Of a stretch of 64,000 nucleotides of DNA, positions 27,141-38,309 are shown piece by piece (within the stretch, counting starts at the first letter, position 1; the number at the start of each line of letters is the position of its first letter). The stretch covers positions 3,104,001 to 3,168,000 of the forward strand of contig OY762721.1 in the NCBI GenBank assembly GCA_963666345.1, read 5' to 3'. The position numbers and the translations under genes are program-made. The notes beneath the pieces were generated by a model that was given only the letters and a program-made list of their open reading frames with translations, made no database searches and had not been told where the DNA came from. This DNA is from Desulfatiglandales bacterium. GTDB lineage: Bacteria > Desulfobacterota > DSM-4660 > Desulfatiglandales > Desulfatiglandaceae.

Positions 27141-27461
27141 GATCCTCTCCCTTTCGGAAAGCCCCCTTATCATGCGGTTGCCTGCATCCCCCAGATCCCC
27201 GATCTCGTCATTTGAAAAGACCTTTATCCTCGTGGAAAAATCCCCCTCCCTTACCCTGCCGACGACTCCGAGTATCTCATTGAGAGGGTTGAGGATCGAT
27301 CCCTCCACCAGAGAATTCAATCTCAGCGCGATAAAGAAAAAGACGCCCACCAGAGCGGCGGCGAACATAAGGATCTCTTTTGCCAGTTCATAGGGCGATA
27401 TGGGAAAGTCTTTGAGCTCCAGGAGTGTCAGAAGCAGGGCCTCTCTGGTTAATCCCTCCAT
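27141..27461 (-). pseudogene. TM plus HAMP fragment of a signalling protein, probably an adenylate/guanylate cyclase
   Basis: GDFSTRIKVFSNDEIGDLGDAGNRMIRGLSERERI followed by non-homologous-looking sequence. Confidence 0.55.
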
Positions 27462-28099
27462 CTTACCAGTTCACCGATGGGGGCGCGTTCAGACCTTGCC
27501 ATGTTGATTTTTCCTTCAGGGTCGGGGTAGCCTATGGCTATCCCTATTACCACCTCTTTTTCATCAGGAAGGCTTAATTCTTCCTTTATATCCTCGTCAA
27601 AGGCTGTGATTATTCCGATCGGGCATGTGCCAAGCCCCTTTGAGTGGCAAACCAGGAGAAGATAGCCCACAAATACCCCCAGATCGGTCAGGCGCGCCTT
27701 TGAAAATACCTTGTCAATAGTGACAATTACGGCGGTGGGAGCTCCGTAGAAATTGCAGCTGCCTTCATTGATGAAATCCTGAAACTTCTTCTCAGCCGGC
27801 AGATGCGGAAGCATAACCTCCAAAAGCCCCCTCTGCCTGTTTATGAAGTATTGCTGAAGGGGGTTCTTTGCTCCGGGACCGCAGGAGATATTTCTTTCTT
27901 TCATTCTTTTTACCAGCAGGCGGCTGAGCCTCTTTTTCTCCTCGCCCGATACCACCGTAAGTTCCCATGGCTGCAGATTAATCGCGGAAGGGGCCCTGGC
28001 GGCGATAGTAATAATCTCCTCCAGCCTCTGTCTTTCGACAGGTCTTGCCAAAAAAGCCCTTGTGCTTCTTCTTTCTCTTATCGCACTAATCAGTTCCAT
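27449..28099 (-). CDS. Nitroreductase-family protein
   Basis: RRSTRAF, APSAINLQPW, GLGTCP, IAIGYPD. Confidence 0.93.
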   Translation of the reverse strand: MELISAIRERRSTRAFLARPVERQRLEEIITIAARAPSAINLQPWELTVVSGEEKKRLSRLLVKRMKERNISCGPGAKNPLQQYFINRQRGLLEVMLPHLPAEKKFQDFINEGSCNFYGAPTAVIVTIDKVFSKARLTDLGVFVGYLLLVCHSKGLGTCPIGIITAFDEDIKEELSLPDEKEVVIGIAIGYPDPEGKINMARSERAPIGELVRWRD

Positions 28100-28242
28100 A
28101 TGGTTCCTCCCTGCTCAGCCGGCACAATTTCAACTTGAATTGTCAATGAGACCATCACTGAAATGCGGCCATGTCAAAGGCAACTGCGGCTTTACGGATC
28201 AATAGATATCAAAAGGATCTAATCATTGCCGCCGAATATCTA

Positions 28243-29979
28243 CTAAAGGGAAATCTTCAGAAGGGTATAACCCTTTTCCGACAGGACAGCCTTTATCTGC
28301 TCCGGGATTTCCAGATCCGTCGCCATGATCCTCTTCCCCTGTTTGTCGGAAAAAACGATTGAAGAGAGACTGATTTTGATGTTTCTTTTCTCTTCTCTTG
28401 CCGAAGCCGATATATAATTTGGAGACGGGTCATATTTTACACTTAGAAAATCGAGGGTGCGGGATACCATTTTTATCGGGTCTGTTTCTTCGGCCAGGGT
28501 GAGAACCGAAAAACCATGGTCCTTTAAAAGGGCTGTCATTTCATCTGAAAGGCCGCTGAAATCTATGATCGCCTCTGTGCCTTTCAGTTTAAAGAGAATG
28601 TCGGCCTTTATTATTACACTGAATCCGGCCTTTTCGCTTTGAACCGCAGGTATATCCTCCCTGGAGGTAAAGGAGTGGCCACTGAGACCAAGGATTGTCT
28701 CTATAAGTTCTCTGGCTCCATTGACGGAATCAAGCTGCGTGATCTCCCTATTGTCAGGGGATGTTTCCCCCTCTTCCGGGTAGTCTACTACCCTGACACC
28801 CACCTGCTCAAGGTATTCCCTCACTGCGGCGGGAGTCGATGGAGTATCCTTGCCTCTGAGTGTGATTACCGCAACTTCGGGATCAGCTCCGGGGCCCTTT
28901 TCAGAGGAGACCACTACCCAGTCTCCCGTCAGGATAAGGGGGATCTCTTTCCCCAGTTTATAGGGCTTACCATTCTTGTAGACCCCGGCATAATTACACG
29001 CCGAAAACGCCTTTTCCAAGGCCGCCCTTAAGTCGTCTCCTTGGGCAAGTTTTATGATCCGGTAGTCCTTCCACCTCGATTGGATGAGTTTGGACATCTT
29101 CTCAGGGAGAAGACCACCAATGTCGCAAATGACCTGGATGCCGTTTTTCAGATTTATTATGGGAAATGCCTCTGCCTTGAGATTGATCTGCCCCTCTGAT
29201 TTCAGGGGGACAAAGTGCTCCCCTGAATCCACCCATTGCTCTCCCATCTTGAGAAATATTTGCTTCATGGCCTCAATAACGGCCCCTTTGCCGCTTCCAA
29301 GAGGCAGCGAACCCCCCTTTTCTTCCTGAAACGGTCTTTTTTTAATAGGTTTTCTGAGGATTTGAGGGGAATAGATCGGCAGTCTGATAAACTGTCCCGG
29401 ATATACCCTGTCGAGGTTGTCAATGGACGGATTCAGTTTCTTTACAATCGTAAGGTACTCTTTAAAAGTATCTTCATCGGAGATGTCGTATCTGGCATCT
29501 ATGACCTTGCTTATGGTGTCGCCCGGTCTTATGGTGTAGCTTTCAAAGCTGGTGTCCTTCAACTCCTTGAGAGGTTTTACTTCCTCTATGGGGGAGATCT
29601 CCTCCTGAAATCCCCCGACTGGTAAAATCTTGAGGGGAATGATAATCTTTTCACCCGGGTGCACCAGGTCGAGATTTTCAAAGGAGGCGTTCAGCTCTTT
29701 CAGGGTGTGGAGAATCTCGGCGACCTGGCGGTTATCAAGCAGGCCCTTGTTTCTCAGTACCTTATAGATGTATTCTCCCTTCTTAATCGTGTGAACCTCG
29801 GTGAGCACCTTCTTGTCGCCCACTTTGCGGATGCTTTTGTCCACCTCCGCGGTCTTGACAAGGGATATGGAATAGGTCTTTTCTTCTTCTGCATTACAGA
29901 CAGGGCAGGAAAAAAAGGATAACAGCATTACCATCAAGAGGTATACGGGAAACTTTAAAAAGGGGAGGCATGTGTTCAA
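28243..29979 (-). CDS. Exported protein with two LysM domains
   Basis: Signal-like N-terminus; HTIKKGE..LN..LDLVHPGEKIIIP and YTIRPGDT..LNP..LDRVYPGQFIRLP; start uncertain. Confidence 0.8.
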   Translation of the reverse strand: MNTCLPFLKFPVYLLMVMLLSFFSCPVCNAEEEKTYSISLVKTAEVDKSIRKVGDKKVLTEVHTIKKGEYIYKVLRNKGLLDNRQVAEILHTLKELNASFENLDLVHPGEKIIIPLKILPVGGFQEEISPIEEVKPLKELKDTSFESYTIRPGDTISKVIDARYDISDEDTFKEYLTIVKKLNPSIDNLDRVYPGQFIRLPIYSPQILRKPIKKRPFQEEKGGSLPLGSGKGAVIEAMKQIFLKMGEQWVDSGEHFVPLKSEGQINLKAEAFPIINLKNGIQVICDIGGLLPEKMSKLIQSRWKDYRIIKLAQGDDLRAALEKAFSACNYAGVYKNGKPYKLGKEIPLILTGDWVVVSSEKGPGADPEVAVITLRGKDTPSTPAAVREYLEQVGVRVVDYPEEGETSPDNREITQLDSVNGARELIETILGLSGHSFTSREDIPAVQSEKAGFSVIIKADILFKLKGTEAIIDFSGLSDEMTALLKDHGFSVLTLAEETDPIKMVSRTLDFLSVKYDPSPNYISASAREEKRNIKISLSSIVFSDKQGKRIMATDLEIPEQIKAVLSEKGYTLLKISL

Positions 29980-30430
29980 GTCTTATCCTTTTTGGGAGCA
30001 GTGGTGAAATGATAACCGAAGATCCTTGGGTTTAATAATAGATAGGAGCTTCAGAAAATGTCAATATCATTCAAGATCGACCGCTTGTTTCATTATGGAA
30101 AACCGTGAGTCATTTTATGTTGTTTTTTTTGAGCGGCAGGGTTCCTTGCTTCAGCCGGCGGAAAAACCCGGCATGGCCGGTCCTGTGGGCCGGGATTCTA
30201 TGGCTCACTATATATTGATGATTCAGGTACAGGTCGATACATTATGTGGTATTTTAGCTTTACATCCGCATCTTGATATGATAAAAAATATCTGCTTAGC
30301 GGTTGCTGGCAGGTCCCTTTCCGGAGGCAGCTACTTATCCTGATCAGGCAGTGAAAATCGCCCGATTTTGACGGATTTTCAGTTCACTGCGGGAAAATTT
30401 GAGAGGCAACCAGGGGCATCGGAGGAGGTT

Positions 30431-33400
30431 ATGAGGATCAACAGGCTTTCAATACTCGGTTTCAAGTCGATAATGGACCGGGTTGAAATAAAATTTCCAC
30501 ATGGAATAAGCGGAATAGTAGGCCCCAACGGTTGTGGAAAAAGCAATATCGTCGACGCGATAAGGTGGTGCATGGGCGAGCAGAGTCCCAAGCAACTTCG
30601 CGGTCGGCAGATGGAGGATCTCATATTCAGCGGCACCGGGGATTACAAGCCGATGGGCATGGCAGAGGTATCTCTTGCCTTTGCAAACGGCGACGGCTCC
30701 TTTCCGGAGGCCTATGCAAACGAGACGGAACTTACGGTAACCAGGCGTTTGTACAGGTCGGGGGAAAGCGAGTACCTTATTAACAGCATGCCTTGCAGAC
30801 TCAAGGACATAGCCGAGATATTCATGGATACGGGCCTTGGAAACAGGGCCTACTCGATCATAGGCCAGGGTCAGATAGGCACTATCCTGGAACAGAAACC
30901 GGAGGAGACCAGGGTAATGCTGGAGGAGGCCGCAGGGATTACCAAATACAGGAAAAAGGTGGAGGCCTCCAGGAAAAAGATAGAACTTACGGAGGCCAAC
31001 CTGCAGAGAGTCGAAGATATAATGGGAGAGATCGAACGGCAGGTGAGGTCTCTCAAAAGGCAGGCCTCCAAGGCCAGACGCTACAAACAGCTGTCTGAAA
31101 AGATAAAGGAACTCGAGCTGATAATGCACGCAAATAACTACAATCAGCTCAAAGAGAAATCGGGCGAAAAACTCAAATCAACTGAAGAACTTGTTCAAAG
31201 AGAATTCACTCAGCAGACCGAATTGAGCAAGCACCAGACGGACGTCGAGGGGATGAATCTCAAGCTTGATGAGATGGATTCCTCTCTTTCAGGCCTTAGA
31301 AAGGCCCATTTCCGTTTGAATGAAAAGGCGAACAGAAAGTCGTCCGAGCTGGAAGGCCTTCAAAGGGAAATGGGGATGCAGGAAGAACTCGAACGAAAGC
31401 TGGTTCAACAAGAGGAGGATCTCAAAAGAAAACTTGTTGAACTTAGATCGGAAAGAGAGAAAATCAAAAAGGAAATTGATGCGAAAGACAAGGCCTGCGA
31501 TGAACTTGAAGGAGAAATCGAGCTCAAGAAAAACCTGCTTAAAGGACGCAGAGAATACCTCAATTCAGCTAAGGATGAGTATGAAAAGGCAAGAGCGGAG
31601 CTTGCGGAGGGGTCCAACAAGGAAATCGGACTTGATCACAAGTCGGGCTATCTAAGGAAGATGATCGACCAGATCAGTGACAACAGATCCAGATTGGAAA
31701 ATGATCTGGATGAGATCGAGGAAAAAACGGAAAAGATCCTCGCGGCATCGGAAAAAAAAGTCCAGGCAAGAGATTCTACGAATCAAAGACTGTCCGATAT
31801 AGAGCGGTCCACTGAAGATCACAAGCTCAAGCTGGAAAAGTATGAGGATAAGAAAAACAGCCTTGAGGCCGAGCTGAAAGCAAGGGAAAAGGAACTGAAC
31901 CTGAGTCAATCCAGGCTCTCAAGCCTTAAGGCCCTGACTGAAAGTTTCGAAGGATACAAGGTCGGAGTCAGAACGATAATGAAGGCCCAGGACTTCCAAC
32001 CAAAGCAGGAAGGTCGGATTTTGGGAGTGCTGGCGGATCTGATACAGGTGGAACCTGAATATGAACCTGCTGTCGAGGCCGCCCTCACAGACAGACTTCA
32101 ATATGTAATCGTTGAAACAAAGGAGGATGGGGAAAAGGCTGTAGGCTATTTGAAAAACAAGGAAAAAGGCAGAGGCAGCTTTGCGCCGCTTGATGAACTC
32201 AATCTTCCTGTGAAATCTTCAGAGAACTGCAAACTCCCGTTTTTGTGTGACTATGTGTCCATAGACGAACCTCTAAGGCGTCTTGTTGAAAATATACTGG
32301 GAAAGACCGTGTTAGTCAAAAGCCTCCATGAGGCCTTTGAGCTGAGAAATGGAGATGAAAACGGTTTTTCTTATGTAACCATGGAGGGTGATTTTGTCGA
32401 TCAGCATGGAATAATAACCGGGGGAAGAATTTCTCGCAGCTCTCAGGGTATCCTGGCCAGAAAGCGTGAAATCGTACAACTCAAGGAGACATGCGCCGGT
32501 CTTGAAAAAGGCGTTGCCAAGCTCGCAGGTGAAATGGAAGAGACCGTCAGCAGGCTTCGGAACAGCAAAAAGCTGCTTGAAGATCTGACTGATAAGAGGT
32601 GGGAGTGCCAGGGGGAAATAAATGAGCTGGACAAAATCGTCTTCCGTTTAAGCCAGGAACTGGATCAACTTGAAAGACAATCGGAAAATATAACGCACGA
32701 CCTCAAGACAAAGGATACGGAAAAAAACAGGCACAGGGAGGAATTGAAAAGGGTCGAAGAAGAACTTCAGATGTGCAGGACAAGGCGCAAGGAGGAATCT
32801 GAATATTTTCAGAAAAAAGAAGCGGAACTGAGGGAATGTGAAGAGGAATTTGATAAATTTCGTGAAGAGATAAACAGACTGGAGGGGGATTCCAGGGTGC
32901 TGAAAGAGGAACAGCGAGGTCTTAAACGGGAACTGGAACGAATTCAGGACTATGGTAATGAATCAAAAAACAGGCTTGAAAAGATCGGAGACGACATCCT
33001 GACGGCCCGCAGGCGTGGCGAGGAATGCGGCGAGGAGGTCGAGATCTTAAAAGAGGCTATTTCATTCCTGTACGATGAGGTCAATGGGGCACAGGAGTCC
33101 GTATCTCAGGCCGAAAGGGAGCGGCATTCGTTTCAGGATCTAATAAGGGAACAGGAAGACAGGACCGGGCTTTGCAGAAGCGAGCTGAACGAGACAAAAG
33201 AAAAGATAAATATGGCCAGGATGGAGAGCTCGGAGATTCAGTACAGGATGAATACCCTGAAGGATACCGTCAGTGAAAGATTCAATATGGATCTGGCCTC
33301 CTGTTACGAAGAATACCTGGATGAGAATTTTTCGGCAGGCGAGATGGAAAAGCAGATCATTCAGGACAAAGACGCGAGACAGAAACTGGGAGAGGTTAAT

Positions 33401-34033
33401 CTTACCGCGATAAAGGAACATGAGGCATTAACGGAACGATATGAATTCATAACAAAGCAGAGAGAAGACCTTGTGGGATCCATCGATTCTCTAAGGGTTG
33501 CGATCAACAAGATAAACAAGACCTCTCTTGAAAGATTTAATGAGACCTTTACTGCCGTTGACAGCAAACTTAAGGAGATATTCCCCATACTATTTAACGG
33601 CGGAACAGCTGGCCTTGAGTTGACGGACGAGTCCAGACCGCTTGAAAGCGGTGTCCTGGTCACTGTTCAGCCACCAGGCAAGAAACTTGGGCATATGGGG
33701 CTGCTTTCAGGAGGGGAGAAGGCCCTGGTGGCGATGGCGCTTCTTTTCGCTATCTACATGATAAAACCGAGCCCTTTTTGTCTTCTTGACGAGGTCGACG
33801 CCCCGTTGGATGAAGCCAATGTGGATCGGTTCAATAACCTCCTTAAAAGGATAAAGGGCTCCTCCCAGATTATAATGGTTACGCATAATAGAAGAACGAT
33901 GGAAATCGCGGACCGTCTCTACGGCATGACCATGGAAAAGGCGGGAGTATCCAAAACCGTATCCGTGGATCTTCAGGTTATAAAGGAAAAGCTCTCAACC
34001 GGTGATAAAGCCGAACAGATCACCGTCCATTAG
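30431..34033 (+). CDS. smc: Chromosome segregation protein SMC
   Basis: GFKS, GPNGCGKSN, hinge, LSGGEK, LDEVDAPLD; GGAGG RBS before ATG 30431. Confidence 0.97.
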   Translation: MRINRLSILGFKSIMDRVEIKFPHGISGIVGPNGCGKSNIVDAIRWCMGEQSPKQLRGRQMEDLIFSGTGDYKPMGMAEVSLAFANGDGSFPEAYANETELTVTRRLYRSGESEYLINSMPCRLKDIAEIFMDTGLGNRAYSIIGQGQIGTILEQKPEETRVMLEEAAGITKYRKKVEASRKKIELTEANLQRVEDIMGEIERQVRSLKRQASKARRYKQLSEKIKELELIMHANNYNQLKEKSGEKLKSTEELVQREFTQQTELSKHQTDVEGMNLKLDEMDSSLSGLRKAHFRLNEKANRKSSELEGLQREMGMQEELERKLVQQEEDLKRKLVELRSEREKIKKEIDAKDKACDELEGEIELKKNLLKGRREYLNSAKDEYEKARAELAEGSNKEIGLDHKSGYLRKMIDQISDNRSRLENDLDEIEEKTEKILAASEKKVQARDSTNQRLSDIERSTEDHKLKLEKYEDKKNSLEAELKAREKELNLSQSRLSSLKALTESFEGYKVGVRTIMKAQDFQPKQEGRILGVLADLIQVEPEYEPAVEAALTDRLQYVIVETKEDGEKAVGYLKNKEKGRGSFAPLDELNLPVKSSENCKLPFLCDYVSIDEPLRRLVENILGKTVLVKSLHEAFELRNGDENGFSYVTMEGDFVDQHGIITGGRISRSSQGILARKREIVQLKETCAGLEKGVAKLAGEMEETVSRLRNSKKLLEDLTDKRWECQGEINELDKIVFRLSQELDQLERQSENITHDLKTKDTEKNRHREELKRVEEELQMCRTRRKEESEYFQKKEAELRECEEEFDKFREEINRLEGDSRVLKEEQRGLKRELERIQDYGNESKNRLEKIGDDILTARRRGEECGEEVEILKEAISFLYDEVNGAQESVSQAERERHSFQDLIREQEDRTGLCRSELNETKEKINMARMESSEIQYRMNTLKDTVSERFNMDLASCYEEYLDENFSAGEMEKQIIQDKDARQKLGEVNLTAIKEHEALTERYEFITKQREDLVGSIDSLRVAINKINKTSLERFNETFTAVDSKLKEIFPILFNGGTAGLELTDESRPLESGVLVTVQPPGKKLGHMGLLSGGEKALVAMALLFAIYMIKPSPFCLLDEVDAPLDEANVDRFNNLLKRIKGSSQIIMVTHNRRTMEIADRLYGMTMEKAGVSKTVSVDLQVIKEKLSTGDKAEQITVH

Positions 34034-34184
34034 TCCTTCCCCCCCCCATTTGCTGATGAATGAAGCGCCCCGCCGCATCTTGAACGGGGTATCCCGGATT
34101 GAAATACCTGTGGCCGGCGTATCGTTTAACCGGCGGCCGCCGGGATTGATATAGGGAGGACACGGATGTTCCGATTGGATATCT

Positions 34185-36623
34185 TCAATCAGGCGGAGCG
34201 GTCCCTGTTTCCAGAAAGGTGTCTATCTCAATATCTCCGTTTTCAACCTTGACGGTTGCTGCGCCTGATTTATCTATCCTTATGACGGCGCATCCGTAAC
34301 CCTTCAGCCTTTCAACAACCTCTTCGTGGGGGAAACCGAACGGGTTTGCGCGACCGCAGGAAATAATGCATTGTCCGGGCCTTACCATCTCAAGAAAATC
34401 AACCGAGCATGAGGTACTGCTTCCATGATGAGGGCAGAGCAAAAAATCGCTTTTAAGGGCCGCACCTGACCTCGATACAAGTATGCGTTCTCCTTCAGCC
34501 TGAATATCCCCTGGAAACAGAAATGTTTTACCCATGTAGGAAATCCTGAGCACAAGTGAGTTGTTGTTGAGGTCCCTACCAGACTTATATGGAAAGGGGA
34601 GCCTTTTATCGCTTAAAGGATGGAGCAGCCGGACCTCGGCGCCGTTTATGTCTATGGTACCTCTGAGGTGTTCGGGAAGAAGCATGTCGATGCCCTTTTT
34701 ATCTATTATACCCATAAGCTCTTTAAAGGAATCGGTGTATGACCTGTCGCCGTTACACCAGAATTGAGTGGGGCTGAAGTTTTGGGCGATAAAGCGAAGA
34801 CCGTTCATATGATCTGTCTGAGGGTGGCTTAAAACCAGATAGTCAACATCCATTATCTTGGATCGCCAGAGAAACGGCGCTATTACCATCCTGCCTGAAT
34901 CAAAGGTGTCGCCGGGAAATCCACCTCCATCTATTAACATCTTTTTCCCCATTGGAAATTCCACCAGGGCGGAGTTCCCCTGACCAACGTCCAGGTATGT
35001 TACCTTAAGGGAATCCCTGAAATGGACATCGTGGATCCAGTAGGCGACATCCGACAGCCAGAAAAGCGTGATAGCAAGGATCGCGGCCCCGGCCCATCTC
35101 TTTTTCAAAACAAAGGGGAGAACAATGAGACAGTAAAAAAAAAGGGTCTCGAGCATGTTCGGTTTCGGAAGCCACATGTAAGACCATGAAAAGGAAGAAA
35201 AAAATCTGATTATGCCGATCATGATGTCAAGCCCCGCCGCCCCGATATTTATCAGCAGCAAGGCGAGTTGCCCGGAGACGGGCAACAGCAGGGCTGCCAT
35301 GAATCCGAAAGGGATTACCCATAGCCCAAGGATCGGAACGACGGTTATGTTCGCTGGTATGCCGACGACGGATACCCTGTTGAAATAAAAGGCGATAACC
35401 GGCAGAAGAAACAGGGTCGCAGAAACCGTCACCGCGGCAAGGCCGGCAAGGTATTCAAAGACCTTATCCCTCAGGTTTTTTTCAGGCCTCTTTAACCAGC
35501 CGAAGAGGATGGGTGAAAGCCATACGATTCCGACCACCGCGCAGAAAGAAAGCTGAAACGATACATCAAACAGGGCAGGGGGGTTGACTGCCAGGATTAT
35601 GAGTCCTGCAAGGGCAAGTGTGGACCATACGTCCTTTTCCTTACCGAGGATAATGGAAAGGAGATAGACTAGCACCATGATCATGGCCCTCTGGCTGGAG
35701 ATCTGAAATCCTGCCAGAACCGTGTAGCCTATAACCGGAAGACAGGTGATTGCGGCTGCAGTCTTCCTGATGTCTATGGTCAGCATGAGTCTGTATGATA
35801 TGGAAAGAAGAGCCCTCACGATGAAGAAGCTTACCCAGGCCACAAGTCCTATGTGAAGGCCGGAGACTGCAAGTATATGCCCCAGGCCTGTTCTGTCAAA
35901 AGGCTCTCTGAGATTTCCGTCTATTCCCTGGCGTTCTCCCAGCAGAAGGGCCCTGTAGAGGGCGAAGCCCTGTGAACTGAGTCCCTTTTTCAGGAGGACC
36001 CTGACAGGTCTTTGAAACCTTTCAACGGCCGAGTAGGGAAAGGGAAGGAAACCGGGTCCCATAGGCACTATTCCCCTTCCGTCTGATACAGACAAGGCAC
36101 ATGAAACACCCTTTAATTTCATTGCGGATCTGTAGTCGTAACTGCCAGGGTTGTTAAAGTTTTTGAACGGCTTAAGCCTTCCGCGCAGCCTGATTTTATC
36201 TCCCGGCTTCAAGTTCGGAATGTCTTTGTAGACCTTTACCAGTAAAATCGCTTTTACTTCTTTTGAACCGCTTTCAGAATAAACGGATTCGGTCCTGAGC
36301 CTGAACCTCCCCCTTGCTTGTGAAATCCTGGGAGGTTCGAGCACCGTACCCTGCACCGTTACTTTGGGGTGCGCATCTGCGATATCATCCAGAAGGGTTG
36401 AGGTGTCTCTTGAGATATAAAGGGCTATTGCTGCGAGAAAAAATACGCCGATTATCAGAAAGTTTGCGGCCCTGTATGGGATGAAAAGAACGGCCGTCAG
36501 CAACAGACAGATAAAAATTGCCGACACAATCGTAATAAAGGGGTTATGGGGGAGAAACCGGTGGGCAAAAAGAACGCCCCCGGCAAATGCCGTGAAGATG
36601 GGTATCAGGGGGCGATGGAACAT
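34185..36623 (-). CDS. comEC: ComEC/Rec2 DNA uptake protein
   Basis: HILAVSGLH, SFQLSF, DVGQG, SHPQTDH, HHGS. Confidence 0.95.
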   Translation of the reverse strand: MFHRPLIPIFTAFAGGVLFAHRFLPHNPFITIVSAIFICLLLTAVLFIPYRAANFLIIGVFFLAAIALYISRDTSTLLDDIADAHPKVTVQGTVLEPPRISQARGRFRLRTESVYSESGSKEVKAILLVKVYKDIPNLKPGDKIRLRGRLKPFKNFNNPGSYDYRSAMKLKGVSCALSVSDGRGIVPMGPGFLPFPYSAVERFQRPVRVLLKKGLSSQGFALYRALLLGERQGIDGNLREPFDRTGLGHILAVSGLHIGLVAWVSFFIVRALLSISYRLMLTIDIRKTAAAITCLPVIGYTVLAGFQISSQRAMIMVLVYLLSIILGKEKDVWSTLALAGLIILAVNPPALFDVSFQLSFCAVVGIVWLSPILFGWLKRPEKNLRDKVFEYLAGLAAVTVSATLFLLPVIAFYFNRVSVVGIPANITVVPILGLWVIPFGFMAALLLPVSGQLALLLINIGAAGLDIMIGIIRFFSSFSWSYMWLPKPNMLETLFFYCLIVLPFVLKKRWAGAAILAITLFWLSDVAYWIHDVHFRDSLKVTYLDVGQGNSALVEFPMGKKMLIDGGGFPGDTFDSGRMVIAPFLWRSKIMDVDYLVLSHPQTDHMNGLRFIAQNFSPTQFWCNGDRSYTDSFKELMGIIDKKGIDMLLPEHLRGTIDINGAEVRLLHPLSDKRLPFPYKSGRDLNNNSLVLRISYMGKTFLFPGDIQAEGERILVSRSGAALKSDFLLCPHHGSSTSCSVDFLEMVRPGQCIISCGRANPFGFPHEEVVERLKGYGCAVIRIDKSGAATVKVENGDIEIDTFLETGTAPPD

Positions 36624-36642
36624 CTTTTATCCTTTAACGGCT

Positions 36643-37905
36643 TTATCCTGTTTCCCGCCGCATGTTTGCCCCTAGGCTTATGAATTTTTTTTCCAGGGAC
36701 TCATATCCCCGGTCAAGGTGATAGATCCTTTGAACCTCTGTTTCGCCGCCCTTTGCGACAAGACCTGCCAGGATGAGAGATGCGCTTGCCCTCAGATCGG
36801 TTGCCATGACAGGGGCTGCCAGGAGGTGCTCTCTGCCCCTTACCAGCGCCTGATTTCCGTTGATTTCAATATCCGCACCCATCCTCTTGAGCTCGCCTAT
36901 GTGAATGAACCTGTTTTCAAAGACGGTCTCTCTTATCATGCTCCATCCATCGGCCACGCACATGAGCGCCATGAACTGCGCCTGCAGATCCGTTGGAAAG
37001 CCGGGAAAGGGCATTGTCTTTATATCAACGCTTTCTATGGTCTCGGATCCCTTGACTATAAGATCTTCTCCCGATGTCCTTATGTCCGCGCCCGAGGATT
37101 CAAGCTTTTCGGTAATGGCTCCAAGGTGTTCGCTTCTGCATCCCTTGAGTCGTATCTCTCCTTTTGTCATTGCGGCGGCTATCATGAAGGTGCCGGCCTC
37201 AATCCTGTCGGGAATAACGGTATGAACCGCGGGCCTCAGTTCCTCGACCCCCCTGATTTTGATAGTGTTGGTGCCGTCTCCCTCGATATCGGCACCCATG
37301 TTGCGCAGCATGTCTGCCAGGTCATTTATTTCAGGCTCCTTTGCCGAGTTCCTGAGGATGGTTTCACCCTTTGCCGTGACAGCCGCCATCATTATATTTT
37401 CAGTGCCTGTTACGGTAGGTATATCGAAAAATAGATCGACGCCTTTGAGTTGCGATGCCTTGGCGTTTATATAGCCCTGCTCAAGATATATGTCCGCTCC
37501 CATGGAAACGAGCCCTGAAAGGTGCATGTTGACCGGCCTTGCGCCGATGGCACACCCTCCCGGAAGAGATATCCTGGCCCTGCCGTAACGGGCGAGCATC
37601 GGTCCAAGAAGCAGGATCGAGGCGCGCATGGTTTTTACCAGTTCATAAGGTGCCTTATAGCCCTTCAGGCCCTCGGAGTTTACCTCTAATGAGTCCTGTT
37701 CATTCCCCTGTCTGAACTGAACGCCCAGCCCCGACATTATGCGTTTGATGGTTTTAACGTCTTTGAGACCGGGGATGTTTCTCAGTTTGTGCCAGCCACC
37801 GGTCAAAAGACACGCGGCCAAGGCAGGAAGGGCGGCATTTTTTGCCCCGCTTATATTCACAACACCTTTCAGCGGATCACTCTGTTTGATTAATATCCTG
37901 TCCAT
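36643..37905 (-). CDS. murA: UDP-N-acetylglucosamine 1-carboxyvinyltransferase
   Basis: GAKNAALP, LPGGCAIGARP, FPTDLQ, DLRASA. Confidence 0.97.
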   Translation of the reverse strand: MDRILIKQSDPLKGVVNISGAKNAALPALAACLLTGGWHKLRNIPGLKDVKTIKRIMSGLGVQFRQGNEQDSLEVNSEGLKGYKAPYELVKTMRASILLLGPMLARYGRARISLPGGCAIGARPVNMHLSGLVSMGADIYLEQGYINAKASQLKGVDLFFDIPTVTGTENIMMAAVTAKGETILRNSAKEPEINDLADMLRNMGADIEGDGTNTIKIRGVEELRPAVHTVIPDRIEAGTFMIAAAMTKGEIRLKGCRSEHLGAITEKLESSGADIRTSGEDLIVKGSETIESVDIKTMPFPGFPTDLQAQFMALMCVADGWSMIRETVFENRFIHIGELKRMGADIEINGNQALVRGREHLLAAPVMATDLRASASLILAGLVAKGGETEVQRIYHLDRGYESLEKKFISLGANMRRETG

Positions 37906-38309
37906 TGAAATATCAACATCTCCATTTTCTCCGGGCAATTTTATCTCGAAAATGCCCTAACGATTCCCTGCAGCCTGCTGCCGGGAGTTTGAATCCTTGA
38001 GGAAAATCTATTTCCGCGGGGGTGGGCCTTGTAAATAAGCAAAAAGGAGCGCAGAATACAGGTTCCCTTTACCCATTTTTTCTGTCTTGTTTCAATATGA
38101 AAAACCTTATCCTCCGGGCCGGGACTCTCTGTTTCCCGTTAAGTCTTTTCGGAAGTATTTCTATGTATCTATAACAATTAAAAGGTGTCGTCAATAAATC
38201 TGGAATCCCTGATAAAGCTTCAACAAGCAATATGCGGCCTATGACCCCTACGCCGCGGTAATTTGATAACAGTTCGTTCAGACATATGCATTTCCGAGGA
38301 TGATGAACC

